Source: Botryllus schlosseri
Taxonomy: Eukaryota
Assembly: GCA_051294905.1 (NCBI GenBank)
Contig: CM119371.1
Location: 23,810,001 to 23,874,000 of the forward strand
Length of the DNA: 64,000 bases
Direction of reading: 5' to 3'
Position 1 is the first letter of the stretch, and each line of letters begins with the position of its first letter. Shown here piece by piece: positions 21,076 through 35,641 of the stretch. A program made the position numbers and the translations under genes. A model generated the notes under the pieces. That model was not told the origin of the DNA and did no database searches. It worked only from the letters and a program-made list of their open reading frames with translations.

Positions 21076-23623
21076 CTCTCATGCGTCCTGATCATGGCCT
21101 ACACTGGCGATTAAAACTCGGTTCAATTTACGTCTGGGATGTTAATATACCGTCGTTGTAGCGATATGATGACCCCAGATAAACCTCCGAAACATTGATT
21201 TCATCGCAACCGTGATTCGTAACCACTTCCAATGATGCCGCAAAGCTGAAGTGTGACAAACTGCGCCAGACTCTTGTCAAGGAGATGTACATGTCACATC
21301 TTAAACTAATATAAATTATGCCCGGGGTAGGATTCAAATTGTAGTCTACTGGCCGGCATAGCGATATTTTTCAGCAAATAATATTTTTTATATAAGTACG
21401 AATATCGTTTTGAAAAGATAATAAGAAGGCAGTGCAGTAGCGACTTGAACAATCACGCAATCATCGGTGATGCTTATGGTGAAATTTATTATTTTATGAA
21501 TTTATTATTTTATCTCTCACTCAAAAACTCACTGAAAAAGCTGATTCAACTATCGCATTCTATAAAATCAAATTATCTAGCAAACTATAATTAAGATTCA
21601 AGTCGCTGTAAGAATACGATGCAACCAAGGTACCAGCGAAGTGTGCGAGTTAGCTGAAAAACGTTACTGCGAAATAACCCACTGAAAGAAACCCCGCAAA
21701 ATTTAAATTTATAAACCTAACATCACAATTATTATACAAATTAACACGATTTATAATTAATGCGTGCGTACCTGACAATAGCAAATTTTGAATATTTGTG
21801 TGCCATTTGGATCTACAAAAATCTGTAGGTCCAGCTGTATGAAATAATCCGCTGATGTATTGCAAAGAGTTTCCCTGATAGCACATAATTATGTGGGACT
21901 GTTCTACAGACGGATGAATCCCTTCAGTTATTCTGTTAGAAGTTTTTATTTTTATGACGCGATCATCAGAGGTAAGAGCTGCACGTGATATGAGATAATT
22001 TTTTGATTTAGTGGTGGCTTTTTCCTAAAGTAATTCAGCCATGTTTTGCGTTTTTATATTTGTGAGTGAGTTTTTAGCAGTAGAACAGAGCAGTGATGAG
22101 CGGATGTTGATTTTTGAGAATCCGAATCCGTCCGACAGTTTTTGTGTCTGCGGAACTATCCGTCCGACTCCGAAGAATCTCATCCAACTATCCGACTTTA
22201 TCCGAAAATCTCGTACAAGAATCCGAAAAATCCTTATCGAATAATGATATCGCAGAGTATCAATTGTACAGCTGAGCTTAGATACAGTTCTGCACTAAAA
22301 GATCACGAATTGTATCTATGGAATGAACAAAAACAAACAGAACAAAAATTGGAATTTTAATTATAGGAATGTTAACGCGAAGAAACAACGCTACTAATTT
22401 AAAGTAAGTGTGCAAATGAAAGTGGTATCTTGGATCAAAAGAAAATTAAAAATGACAGATTATTAGGCCATGGCCATATATAACAATCAGGCATTTAACC
22501 ATATTACCCAATATCAAGAAGTGATAGTAGCAAGTTGTAACTATGGAATTTTACAATCTCAGATGGTCAATATTGGATGCAGATAATCCGCATTTTGCCC
22601 ACAAATGCTGGAATGTGTGAAAGCCTGTTCAGTAGAAACTTGCTGATGCTTATAATACCTTTGGTCAATCAGTTCAAAGTTTTGAGCATGGCGCTTATAG
22701 TCGAGTCACACAAAATGTCGATAATAGCACCATCCTGAATGTCCCTCTTTAGCTGTCCAAATTTCCTCTCCAGTGACTAGTAGCAGGTCAGTAGTTGTCT
22801 TGCCGACTTGTATATTGGAAGAGAAGAAACTTATCTCCAAGTGTGCTTTATCCTTGGCCTTTCGGATATGATTTGTAAGGTGCATTGGGCCACTTGAAAA
22901 GTTGTGGTGTTTCACTTGAACATATCAATTATTGCATAGAGGCAGTGTCCCATAAATCAGGATGCAATCTCTCCATACTTCACTCTTGCTGTGCTATCTC
23001 TCAAGACGTCGACTTTCCTCATTGATCCATTATTACGGAGAAACTAAACTCAGACAGCACGAGCAGTTTGACAACATTTGAGGTCTTCAAATAATGCAAA
23101 GTAAACTGTACGGTACGGAGTACACTTCGAACAGTTGATGGAGCTCCACTCAAGAGAAATGACGCATCCCTAACGCACTGATCACCACTCATTGGTGTTG
23201 ACTTTCAAACTGTTTACATGGTCTCTCGTTTAAATCATACAGAAGAGCACCATAAAAACGGCAAGGTTTTTTTCACGATTCTTAAAATGAAATCAAATTA
23301 ACATGAACAGACCATTCGTTGAGAAAAAACTAACAGCTTTTGTTTATATGGCTCAGTGGTTCTAGATGATTGATTCCGTCAATCATATTGGAGAAAATAT
23401 AGCTGCTGAAGGAAAGGAAGTGTAAGCAGGAGTTGAATAGGTTTGTGTTTCGTTGTAACTGTATATAGGAATTCTGGATTTCATAGCCTTGTTATATGTT
23501 ATTAGTTTACCTTAGTAAGGTATGCATGTATCTTGAATGATTCCAAAGGGGACGATAAGCTACTCGCTACTGTATAGTCGAGGCATCGTTATAATAATTA
23601 TCATACATTTTATCTGTGTACAT

Positions 23624-26104
23624 TAGGGTTGTTCAGAATTGACGGACTTTCAAAAAGTCCAGGTTTTCAGTCCGATTACCATGCCTTATACCTTAAAAAC
23701 ATATTCTGGCTACTTTTTTTTGTAACTCATCCCCTGCATCCGTGTGCACATTGAGCTGGAAGAATAGCAGCTGAAAATAGGGGATTCCCCTAAAATCTGA
23801 GTGTCACGATTTTACCTGGCCTAGTTAAAGTGACATATAACATGGATTTATGCAGCTGTTGCGGTTTGGAGTGCTACAAAACCCCACTATATAAGGCATT
23901 CCTTGTTCAGGATATCATTTCCATGTCCCACACTGCCTTAAAACTGCTCAAAACTACCTAAAACTGATAGTCATTTGGTTGGATCACATGTCCTATACAC
24001 CCCTCAAATCTACCCGGCACTGTTCATCAATTTCCTGGATCCCAATGTGCAAGAATGCAACTTTAAATGTAACATCCACTCACAGCCACATAATAAACAT
24101 CACAGGAAACGAAAAAATAAGGCAAAGAAAGAGATCAACTTGGCAAAATATTACATAAATCAGGTGGATGAAATAGTTGATTTCGAGAAATCTGCATATC
24201 TGTTCCGGTGATCTTCCACAGCTTGCAGGAGGCTCGCTCGCTGTTTTTTGTCATCCGTTATGTACGCAGCATAGTCGGTATTCAATTTTACCATACGCTC
24301 TGCTGCATCATTAAAGTGCTACAGGAAAAGCACAGGCTGATGCATCATTTGAACTGCTGGAACTTTGGAATTTAACAAAATCTGTTAGAGCTCTTGTGTT
24401 TGACACAACATCCTCAAACACTGGTAAAAACAAAGGTGCGGTTCCGTTACTTGAAGAATTGATTAACAGGAAAGTTTTCTACAATACCTGTCGCCATCAT
24501 ATTTATGAACTGGTCATGAGGTTTGGAAGTGTTTGTTTGGATCGACAACCACAGGCCCTGAAAACACGGATTTTAATACCTTCAAGAAGAAGTGGAAACA
24601 TATTGATAAATCAAGAAGCTATAAAACGCTGAATTTTATTGAAGGCAGCTGGTTGGCGATGAAAGCTGATGAAGCAAAGCAAGAAATAATTCCACTGATG
24701 AAACCCAATGATGGAAAGCAGAAAGAAGTCTTGATAAGAGATGACTACAGAGAATGTGCAACAGGCACCTTGGCGATTTTGGATGACAAATATGTTGATC
24801 ATCGTTTTCGCAAGCCTGGTGCTACTCATAGCGCTAGATGGATGAGTCAAGTCCTGTACTGTCAAAAAATGTTCATGTGGAGTGAGCAAATGGACTATTC
24901 TGAAGAGTTCATTGAAAAGTTGGAACGAATCAATACATTCATTGCTTTGTTTTATGTTCCAGCTTGGTTGAAAACTGGTATTGCATGTGACGCACCTTGG
25001 AATGATCTCAAATTCCTTCATGACATGAAAAACTTTTCATTATGCGATCTCACTGTTGCTGATGTGGCATACAAGAAATTGCGAAAACATCATTGGTATC
25101 TAACTGAGGAAATGGTGGTATTTACCACGTTCTCGGCTAATCCAAAGATTCCTGACAAACTGAAGGAAGCGATGGCTGCTAAATTGCTGAAAATGCCAAT
25201 CCCTGAAAAATTTCGCAGATGTAGCCTATGCCTCTCAGTCTGATCTCTGACTCTGTCTCTGAGTCAATGAGTATGGCGATTTGATTGGGCCAGAATCGTG
25301 GTTTCTATTTGATGCTATACATGTGGAACATTATTGGTTGAGTCTTCCAGTTTCGGAATGGCATACTGATCCGGATTTCGTGACTGCTCAAGAATTTGTG
25401 AATACTGTTGAAGTAGTTAATGATGCAGCAGAGCGGAAGCTAAAATTGAATACCGACTATGCTGCGTTCATAACGGATGACAAAAAACAGCGAGCGTGCC
25501 TCCTACAAGCTGTTGAAGATCACCGGAACAGATATGCAGATTTCTCGAAATCAACCATTTCATCCACCTGATTTATGTAATATTTTGCCAAGCTGATCTC
25601 TTTCTTTGCCTTATTTTTTCGTTTCCTGTGATGTTTATTATGTGGCTGTGAGTGGATGTTACATTTACAGTTGTAATCTTGCACGTGGGGATCCAGGAAA
25701 TTGATGAACAGTGCCGGGTAGGTTTGAGGGGTGTGGGATATGTGATCCAACAAAATGACTATCAGTTTTAGGTAGTTTTGAGCAGTTTTAAGGTAGTGTG
25801 GGACATGGAAATGATATCCTTAACTAGGAATGCCTACTATAGTGGGGTTTTGTAGCACTCCAAACCGCAACAGCTGCATAAATCCATGTTATATGTCACT
25901 TTAACCAGGCTAGGTAAAATCGTGACACTCAGATTTTAGGGGAATCCCCTATTTTCAGCTGCTAGTCTTCCAGCTCAATGTGCACACGGATGCAGGGGAT
26001 GAGTTACAAAAAAAGTAGCCAGAATATGTTTTTAAGGTATAAGGCATGGGAATCGAACTGAAAACCTGGACTTTTTGAAAGTCGGTCAATTCTGAACAAC
26101 CCTA
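23624..26104 (+). mobile_element. hATm-like element with ~690-bp inverted arms (two right ends)
   Basis: TAGGGTTGTTCAGAATTGAC ends; 23624-24314 is the inverted copy of 25417-26104; TSD GTGTACAT. Confidence 0.9.
24315..25571 (+). pseudogene. hATm-family transposase, N-terminally truncated and frameshifted
   Basis: VFDTTSSNTG, CRHHIYEL, PGATHSARWM, HHWYLTEE, VVNDAAER split over three frames. Confidence 0.88.
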
Positions 26105-28964
26105 GTGTACATATATTTTTATATAACTTTCTTTATAATTTTCTGACTGCAGAAAGTTACTTGTATATGTTTGTATGCATATTCTTATTTGATTGGTCGG
26201 GCTACAAGTGTGTGGGTACGGTAGCTGTTAACTCGACATGCCAAGCTGACGCAAAGTCCAAGTCCATACTGGGAATACCTTCTCACAAAATGGAGTTATT
26301 ACATTGTTGAACGTCATCGGGATATATTTCGTTATGATCATGAACTGCCGGAAGACTCATGGTAGCTAAAGATTGTGCCATAGCACAAGCACCGCTGTAT
26401 AGTGCTGATTGAAAGGGTATCATACAACTACTGTGGTAGTATGAAAATAAGTCATGCAACAAAGTACGCACAGAGGGATTTGTCTTATATTTATCTACAG
26501 AAGACTGCCGCAACAACTACTTTGAGGATTCTGGAGATTGTATGCCCCATTGTGACATTCGTCAACTATGAGTTCAAAAACTACATGTCAAGAAGGTGGA
26601 AAGCAAATGCAGTTCTGCGACTGATGTTGAAACAAAACCTTCAATTTTGTGAACTTCAGAAACTGCTCTGCGAGAATACCTTACTGATGATAACTATGTC
26701 AGGAGAGCTCATGTCTAATCATACCATCTTTTATCAGTTCACATATTATATATCGTTAGACTGACAAGTATGGTATACTTGATGTATTTTAGCATATAAA
26801 TGTGATAACATGGCTGACCTTATAGCATTGTCTACTCTTGAATGGTAAGAATGGTAGTGGCGATAGTTTATTTGTATTTTCTTGGACTCTTGACAGACAT
26901 TTTTAGACTGCTACCATTCATATCGCAAGGTGTCAGCTGTCTGTATTTGGTTAACTATTGAATTGATGACTTCTTTCTATAAGCCTGTAATCAAATCTCA
27001 AATCTGGTTACAACTATCCGGAAATATCCGTATCAAAAGTTACAGCTATCCGACAATATCCGGGAAAAAATCTGCGATAATATCCGAATCCTATCCGACT
27101 GCCAAATAATCGTCTAATATCCGGTCCGAATGCCATCCGAGTCCGTCCGATGCTCATCACTGGAACAGAGGTCATTTTGCTTGGTGGGATATCTACAACA
27201 TGTGGCTGGCCTTTGCGATGAGAACATGACGATGTTCGAATTAGATTGACCAACGCAGCCAAGATAAAATTGGAGAATGACGAATTAATTTGCATTGACA
27301 TTGCGCGGTCGCAGATCACAAGTGCGGGTCACACATTCCCCTAAGTGTAATACTTTGCAATGTCTGATGCGGTGGCTTGCAAACTGAGGGGCGCGGAGAT
27401 GCGCTCAACTTAAATTGTATTCGCGCTCACCGCGATTTAATTCTAGTTCGTTGTGGTTGCTCGATGTATAGTCTGAATTTCAAATTTGAGAATTCTCACA
27501 GCAATAGTCGTAACCTGCCATGCCATCAAACTATCCAATGGGATTGCTAGCATTCTGCAGTCATTTTTTGATATGACGGTAAGGGCGCGCGCAAGTTTTC
27601 ACTATCATAAAAGAGGGGCTTGTCTAAAAAAAATTCAGAGCCACCTCTGGTCTAATGAGAGTTTGGGAGGCATTGATGAAACTTTCCGATATTTCAAAGG
27701 AATATGTTACTTTAAAATTAACAAAGCACAAGTCAGTATATAAGTCGTTACAAGCTTTTTTATTCATTAAACCATAGAATTAGACGGGAAATCCGCTGTA
27801 CATTGACGTGAGTTTTAATAAATTTCTATACCATTCGTAACAAATAATTTCGCTGCACGTCTTTTCTGCAATTACGCCGAATTACACCAAAATAGCTTGC
27901 AGTTGGATTGTACCGTCATGTTGACGATTCCTGCTAAAGCAGGAGTGTCAAACCATAATGTCATAAATAGTATGGACATAGCAAGATTGAATTGCTCACT
28001 GCAGGGGTTCTCAACCTGGGGGCGCGAGAAATTTTTGTCAATTTTGTAAATGTCTTTATAGATTTGGACTAAACCATTCTGAAGATACGATTATTGAAGA
28101 TTAAACTTAATTCGTGTTCTAGAAAGCTTGCCAAACTCAAACTCCAGCAGTCGCGCTCTACGGAGTATAGGCTGACTTCAACTTCATTGGAGCAAATTTT
28201 CGATATTCTTTGAAGATTTAGAGAAATTCCTATACGTGCAAGTCATTCATGCACGCATGATATGCATGTGCACTGGGATTTTCTAAAATTTGGATATTCT
28301 TGAAAATGCTCCTTTGTAATGTCTCATTCCATAGAATATTGGTAAAAAAAACTTCAATTAGCCTAGCAGAATCTCACAGGAAAGCCATGAATATTTCGGG
28401 CAAAGCGTTCGAATGTAGCTGATAAAGAATGGGGGTGTCACCGACCATAGTACGACGAGAAGACTAGCAATCACGAAACCACGCATTTTGTGCGGCCCGC
28501 GAATGCATTTTTGAATTACAAGTATTCGACAATATATTCAAGTGTCATATATCTTAATTAGATTTAAGAACTTAGGGTGGAGCCCAATTCTTCTCCTCAA
28601 CTGAGTACTGCTTAAATGCGAATCTCCACTCAACTAAAAATCGATTGGTACTCAGCGTTGAGTGCGCGCCAATTCTCTCTGCTCAGTTAAGTATCGATTT
28701 CCAGACGTCGTTTTCCGGGATAGCGTTGCCAGATTTATTTTCGCCTTCAACCGGACACGCGTGAACGATTTTGTCATGACAACACGACGCTGTCGTCGCT
28801 GACCTACAAGGCAGACGCAGTTCTCACTGATTTATCTAAATGCAATGAATACTCTCAGCTGATCCACTCTCTTTGAAGATGACACAATGGAAATATATAA
28901 ATCCTTGAAGATAACCGGAACGTTCCTATGCCCCACAGAAGTGTATTTGCAAGACGCTACAAAC

Positions 28965-29393
28965 TAGGCTTACCATATTTTGGAAAGCTAAAAAGAGGAC
29001 ACTTTTTCACTTTTTTGCAAAACCGGAGAAGAATTCTCAAAAACCGGTGAATTTTTCCCACTTTAAGATCGGTTGACTAAAAAAAAGGTCATCTTTTCCG
29101 CTCAGAACTCAAAATACCGTTTTTCTCTCCACGTTGCCAGGTGGATGACTAAAAAAAAGTCATCTTTTCGCTCAGAGCTAAAATCAACGTTTTTCACTCC
29201 GAAATAGCCGCTGGAGCTTCACTTCTGTGCTAATTTGCGTCATATCAATCGCAATTTGCTCTGAAACTGACCTAAATTTTCAAAAGAGGACAAAATCTCA
29301 AAAAAGAGGACAAAAGGGCGTCCTCCGAGGACACTTTCAAAAAAGTCAAAAGAGAGGACAAATCCTCTTAAAAGAGGACGTATGGTAAGCCTA
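28965..29393. mobile_element. hAT MITE (TAGGCTTACCATA TIR, AGAGGAC motifs)
   Basis: Perfect 13-bp TIR; inverted sister copy at 32137-32667. Confidence 0.85.
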
Positions 29394-29624
29394 CTCAGTG
29401 GCGTAGCAGCCACTTGGCGGTTCTGGCTCTGCGCCAGGGGCGGCAGGCTCCAAGGGGGCGGCAAAATGAGGTTAACACAGTGTACACAGCTGGCTAAAGC
29501 AGCGTAATTGGTAGTCCTATAGCTGGCGTCCCGTGAGCTAAAATTTATTAAAACTGCATGGTCTTAAACGAAAACTAATGTCACGCTAATTCGTAAAACA
29601 CGCATTAATATGTAAACATTACAA

Positions 29625-29836
29625 GGTTGCGAGATAGCGCAGTGGCATAATCCGTGGCTGCAACACCAATGGGAGCGGGTTCGAGTCCGACCGAGGTCGA
29701 CTTCCGAATTCCGATACCTAAGTTTTGGAGGTTTACCTAGGCTCCTCCTCGTCACCCCATCCGCGACAGCGGTGTCATACAAAAGCCTAGAGGTGATCCG
29801 TGCTATAAGTCGGCAGTTATGGAAAATAAGAAGAAT
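29625..29836 (+). mobile_element. tRNA-derived SINE
   Basis: A box TAGCGCAGTGG (29635), B box GGTTCGAGTCC (29678), body CTAGGCTCCTCCTCG...AAAAGCCTAG shared with the copy at ~61800. Confidence 0.78.
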
Positions 29837-30028
29837 ACCGGCCAGGTGTAAATGACCATAGTGGTCAACAAACACCATGAATACCCAAAGCAAACAAACA
29901 ATTTTAACATGACAATGGAACCATTCCGAAATAGCCGTCAAGACCGCGTGTTCCTAACAATGGTTGGTTAGTTAATACAAAGCTACCTCATTCGACACCA
30001 TATTTATATACTCTGGCCGGAACTTAAT

Positions 30029-30142
30029 CTGACCATTTGTGTTTCAATTGAGGGCTGTGCGAGGAGCTTCTCAATGCTCAAACTGATTAAGTCTTCTTTA
30101 CGTTCTACCATGAATGATAATCGGCTATCAGCTCTATCGATA
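30029..30142 (+). pseudogene. hAT (Tip100/ZMYM1-like) transposase dimerisation-domain fragment
   Basis: LTICVSIEGCARSFSMLKLIKSSLRSTMNDNRLSALSI. Confidence 0.75.
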
Positions 30143-32136
30143 GCAGTGGTTCTCAACATTTTTGTCTTCGCGGACCACTTTTGGACCGCCACAGACCCCC
30201 TCAAGTTTTCGTTCAAAATTAGCACAATTATCTTGCAACCGCCAACTGTCTTGTGCAAACATTGATTTTAGATTAGTAATAAACAGCCAGAAAATGAATT
30301 TTATTCAAAATAACATCACCCTATATGTCGAAATTGGGTAGACTTTTAATATTTCGAAACGAATTTTCCACCTGTATTTATTGTTTTGAAAATTCTCGTC
30401 TTTGGTTGGATATGAACGAGTGCCAAAAGTCCATTTCCACAAAGACATATTGGTGGTGAATGTAGCCTAATATTAACGCGTAACGCTTCCGACGATAGCT
30501 CTTTGTGTGTGTTTGTAATGAACATATCATGTCCACGCAGCCTATATAGTCATTTCTATATAGCATCTCATCTTGAAGGTATTTAGTAGTTATATCACAG
30601 AAGAAAATGGACTTCGTGGTGGCGCGGTTTCAATTCCTTCATTGTGACAGATCAGGAAAAAAGTTCAGGAACTTCTATTTCAAACGAATGTTTACAAATT
30701 TGCTGCGACTGACAACTGCAAATCCAAAATGCTATCTCCAACATTTAATTTTTCAGAAACCTTAACAAAACATTTATAAACAGCAATATATGTTTGCATC
30801 GGCATGCCATTGGTAAGTTGACAATAAAATGAGTTTGCACAGTCGGATACTTCATCTAAAGTTTCAGTAATTATGAAGCGAAGCGAAAACTGTCCCATGC
30901 TTTTCCTAACTAGAAAAATGTAAATTAGGTTACCAATGACTTTACAATGACCAGAGGCTTCGTAGATCCCCGCAAAATGCTTCGTGGACCAAAAGAATGT
31001 ATCTATATCGTGAAAACAAATTGAAAACTTAACGTTTTCAGGATTTCTTTCCAATTCTCTTTGAACCATTCACTTTGCCCCTCTACTATTCAACTTCCCG
31101 AAATACCCAGACCCACCCGACATTTTCTCCCTTAAATTCAGTATTTCTGGTTTCCAATAACTTATTGCTGCTATTGTCTAAATTGTCTTGAAGGTATATA
31201 GCGACTCCATCCTAACACTGATATTACCATGCAGGAACTCTATCAGCTGATCGAGGTTCATGCTATGGGTCTGTTCAAGATGCTTCATCTATTTAATTAT
31301 TGTGGGAAGAGCATGCGTAATATTGATAATAATCATTGAGTTTTATTTTTCATCTGAACAAGTCACACACAATGTAGAATGCGATAAGACACAATGCGAT
31401 GTAGTGAACAGATATGAGGATATCGAACGACAAGCAGTTGCGATCTTTTTTTATACTGACATCCACCTCGGCCTAGAGTGCCCGATGTCACAGTTCTTTT
31501 CGATGTTGATCTTTTTGAAGCCAGCACGGCCCTTTCTAGTTCTTTCCATTCCTTGTTAGAGCTTTCTTTTGTCCGGTCCTCTACTGGGCTATTTTGTCGC
31601 CGTAAGAACGGCGACGGCGGGGGATGCTAGCGTATTGAGACTGCAGAAGTTACCATTCCGGTATAACGAGATGCCGTACGACAAGAAGTCGAAAAGGTAC
31701 AGAAGATAATTACAAATACAATTATAAATACAACATCCGTCCAAGCGCCACTGATGTCATTCGCTCAGCAGAATCTCACATCACGAAAAACCTACATACG
31801 ACAATACCGGTACTCCGGTATTTGGCGGGTGTTGCCTGCAGTTGGCTGCTCGACCGTGAAAATCGACACTTAAGTCTGGTGGTGTGCTGACTTAGATTTG
31901 AGTGCCGATCTGGACGCATTTGAGTGTGAGTATACTTTTTGGCATAAGTTGAGTAATGAAATCGTTGCTGAGTAGAGAATCGCCACTCAGCAGAGACATT
32001 GGGCTCCACCCGTAAAGTTCACTTTCAAACTACTACAAAAACCAGAAATCTAAGCAAACTTCACTCTCACATCACTGCTAAAATCTACTATGTGGTAAAA
32101 GATCGCTATTACGTCACATTTCAGGTTCATGATGAT

Positions 32137-32667
32137 TAGGCTTACCATACGTCCTCTTTTAAGAGGATTTGTTCTCTTTTTTGACTTCTTTGAAAGTGTC
32201 CTCGGAGGACGCCCTTTTGTCCTCTTTTTTGAGATTTTGTCCTCTTTTTTGAAAATTTAGGTCAGATTTAGAGCAAATTGCGAGTGATATGCCGCAAATT
32301 AGCACAGAAGTGACGCTGCGGCAGATATTTCGGAGTGAAAAACGGTGAATTTAGCTCAGAGCGAAAAGATGACCTTTTTTTTTTTTTTTTTTAGTCATCC
32401 ACCTGGCAATGTGGAGTGAGAAACGGTATTTTGAGCTCTGAGCAGAAGTGATGACCTTTTTTTTTAGTCATCCACCTGGCAATGTGGAGAAGAAAACGGT
32501 ATTTCGAGCTCTGAGCTGGACTGACGACCTTTTTTTTTTTTTTTTTAGTCAACCGCTCACGAAGTGGGAAAAATTCACCGGTTTTTGAGAATTCTACTCC
32601 GGTTTTGCATCTTGAAAATTTCTGAAAAAGTGTCCTCTTTTTACATTTTCAAAATATGGTAAGCCTA
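32137..32667. mobile_element. hAT MITE (TAGGCTTACCATA TIR) with internal poly-T tandem units
   Basis: TIRs and TSD ATGATGAT. Confidence 0.9.
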
Positions 32668-32936
32668 ATGATGATAAAACATGTCCCGTTGATGATTCGT
32701 GACTGAAAATTGTGATTTTGTTTGGTGCGACCTTTCGATTCTGGATTGATTGCGTGATAAACTAAAAATTACTCGAGTTGAGTCGGGTCAAAAGTTAAAA
32801 TCAGAGATGGACTTGCGTCTCGGAATAAAGACTTGGTAATCCTACGGACGCAACATCTATGAACCTGTCATGGGGAATAGTAATATTTCAAAAGCCCGTA
32901 GCTTGTAATGCCCAGGATATATTGATATCTAATCAG

Positions 32937-33804
32937 TAGGGCGATTTTTTTCGACCTAAAAAACGGAAGATTTTGACCTAAAAAATCTAAATTTTGACAT
33001 TTTGTGACTTTAAAAACCAAAATTTCGCTCTAACGTATGCTAATTAGGTGTTTTCCAACATAATGTTAGAATTGTACTACTCATCTTCATTTCTGGTGCG
33101 AACTGTCTGTCCTTACGAAGTAGTTTGCCCTGAAAAAAATGTTTGACTCAAAATGTGACAAATTTTTCACATGAAAAAAACTTTATTTGAACGAAACCTG
33201 GCCCTATGAAGAATTCCAGTAGTTACATCACGTAATACGGTAAAAATAAATAAAATTTGTTGTAGTACAACTAAAGATACTTTCCTACATTCTCGGGTAG
33301 AAAGTGCCTGTCCTTAATAAGTAGCTGGCCCAGAATGGAGAAAGAACGTTCAGCAGTAGCAACTGTTGGCTGACAACACCAAAGTTGTGCGTACACTGCT
33401 GGTGACACACCGTGTTGCTTTATTCTGACAATGGTGTACATCACAATTTTTCATAATGCGCTTCTAGATATAAAAAACACCATGCAATGCTTACGCAGTC
33501 TTGTTTCAGTTGGAATATTGCGGTACGTTTAGCATAACACCATGTCAACCATGTTTCATTTGAATGTTTATGATTCACAATGAGCAGACAATGGGCCGTC
33601 TACAACGGTAGGCTTGTAAAGTAGGCTACAAGCTGTAAAATGTCAAATGATAAGTTTACCGACAGTGCAAAATCTACGATGGAAACGAAATGTAGGTTGC
33701 AAAAAATTTTCGCCTTTGTCTACAATTTTGACATCTTTTAACCGAACGCTAGAATTTTGACCTAATTTTGACTTTTCTTGACGTGTCAAAATAAAATTGC
33801 CCTT
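32937..33804. mobile_element. hAT-type MITE (TAGGGCGATTTT...AAAATTGCCCTT)
   Basis: Imperfect TIRs, TTTTGAC subterminal motifs, TSD CTAATCAG. Confidence 0.8.
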
Positions 33805-35641
33805 CTAATCAGGTCCGTATGGAAATTATTGGCATTCTGTGGCCCCCGTAACGCATATTTGGATACATTCTTGGTGTTGTTTGTTATCTTTAGCCATGTT
33901 ATTATCGGCGGTGAGTAAAGTAGTGGTACGCTCCAGACAGTGGTGGTTCTGTGATGGGGGGGGGGGGGGGCTCGGCTGGAATTCCCGGGGGGCCCTATAA
34001 GTATGCAACTGCAACTTCTGGGGATCTCCGCCCCCCCAGACCCCCCTTTCCCTTCAATTATTGCCAACATCGTATTAGTGCGCCATTTGAAACGGAATTA
34101 CGTGGTGTAGGCCTATGTATGACCTATAACAAAGCATTGTTGAAGCAGGGTTAAATGTGGAATTGCTCTAGCTCCAGAACCTTCTTTTATCGTACATTGT
34201 CAAATTATAAAAGAAGTGACCCAGTTTGTAAAATTATAAAAGAAGTGACCCAGTTAACTATAGCTCATGTCTTCATGTTGAAGATGTCGGGCATGAAGCG
34301 TGAAATAATAGAATATCGATACAACTTCTGCAGGATAAATAGATAACATCAATCTGGACAGCTATCGGCTTACATTAGTAATAAGCCAGCTCACTACATC
34401 AAGGTTTGAGCCGGGCGCTTGATTACGCCATATCTATTATTGCATATGTGCATTGTGCAAGGATAGCCTACATCAAAACTAAGTAACTCTACCGCATGCA
34501 GTGATGATTATCGGGAAATGGGACTTTTCTAACAAATGCAGAGATTTGACGCTGATTGCCTCATCTGTACGGAATCATCTTCTTGATTAGTATACGGATT
34601 TCTACGTTTATTCGGTATAATCCTTGAAAAAAAGCGCCCACCTCGCCCACCCCAAAAGCCACCACTGGCTCTACAGCTGTAACACCAATGAATTCTGCGG
34701 CGATTGGTCATTTCTATTCTAGGGATTCTGAACCAGGGATCCATAGCCCCTTCGTGGTACTAAGCACCACATCAGGGGTTACGAGATGAATTGTGGAAAT
34801 AGGACTAATGCTGTGGAACAGTTTCTGAGCTAATTTATTCAACTGGAAAATATTCTTTGCGCTACGCGCGATCTTATGTGAATGGGATTTCTGATTTTAA
34901 TGTAGGTACCATCAGAAATTGTGTTGAATATAGACAGGGGCACGGGAAATCTATTTTATTGAAATATTTGAAAAATGTGATTTTTTTTCGTACCGAGCGT
35001 GAATAATAATAGTAAATTACATTTTCACGATGTTTGTTGAAGCCTGGCTGCATAGTGCTGTCAAATAAGGTCTACTTGGATAATATACATTGGATATTCT
35101 TATTATAATAGGGCTGCGGCCCGCGGCGACACCAAAAATTAGGAAATTGGCCCGTACACACATTTGAGTCTGACACCTCTGATCTACAGCATGGCCGCTT
35201 TATTGTGAAGGAAACTGCTGTAGCCTACATGCCTTGTTTTTATCGAGGGAAAAGAAAGAAAGCAAAGGCGGTTATGCAAGTATTGAACATTTTCCTAGTT
35301 TCCATCATCATTGAATACAGATATGATGCTTAGCAAATAGCAATGACACCATATTTCGTGTGATCTAATTGGGCTCAAGTTGCAGTATACAGTTTAAGTG
35401 TTGAATGTTCTAGGGCAGAGGTTCTCAGCCGCCGGTCCGCGACAACCTTTCTGCCGGTCCGCGAGGTATATTAAGATTTTATTCCCCAATTTCAAGATGA
35501 AAGATGTTGAAGGCTTGTCCATTGGAAAAATGAATAAATCGTAAAATTTTAAACTGATGCCTAACTTCCGGAGGTAATGTTAGGTCCGGAAACATGTTCG
35601 ACTTGACTTGAAGTTCAAGCTGTCTCCGGTGACGACATGTA

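Larger units (their letters stand above)
22091..27162. mobile_element. Non-autonomous hAT element family A, copy 2
   Basis: TIRs CAGTGATGAGC / GCTCATCACTG; TSD GAACAGAG. Confidence 0.9.
28575..32011. mobile_element. PIF/Harbinger-like non-autonomous element with nested inserts
   Basis: TIRs GGGTGGAGCCCAAT / ATTGGGCTCCACCC; 3-bp flanks TTA/GTA. Confidence 0.6.

Noticed and set aside
21117..21337. Possible further LRR exon (LGSIYVWDVNIP on +, HGCDEINV on -)
   Set aside because: No AG/GT boundaries, several stops, and conflicting strand signals
29625..29700. tRNA gene
   Set aside because: No good cloverleaf; continues into a body shared with another dispersed copy, so it is a SINE head
31440..31600. 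Myb/SANT ORF of a Harbinger element on the minus strand
   Set aside because: Only a faint RT...EWKELE resemblance with frameshifts; not supportable
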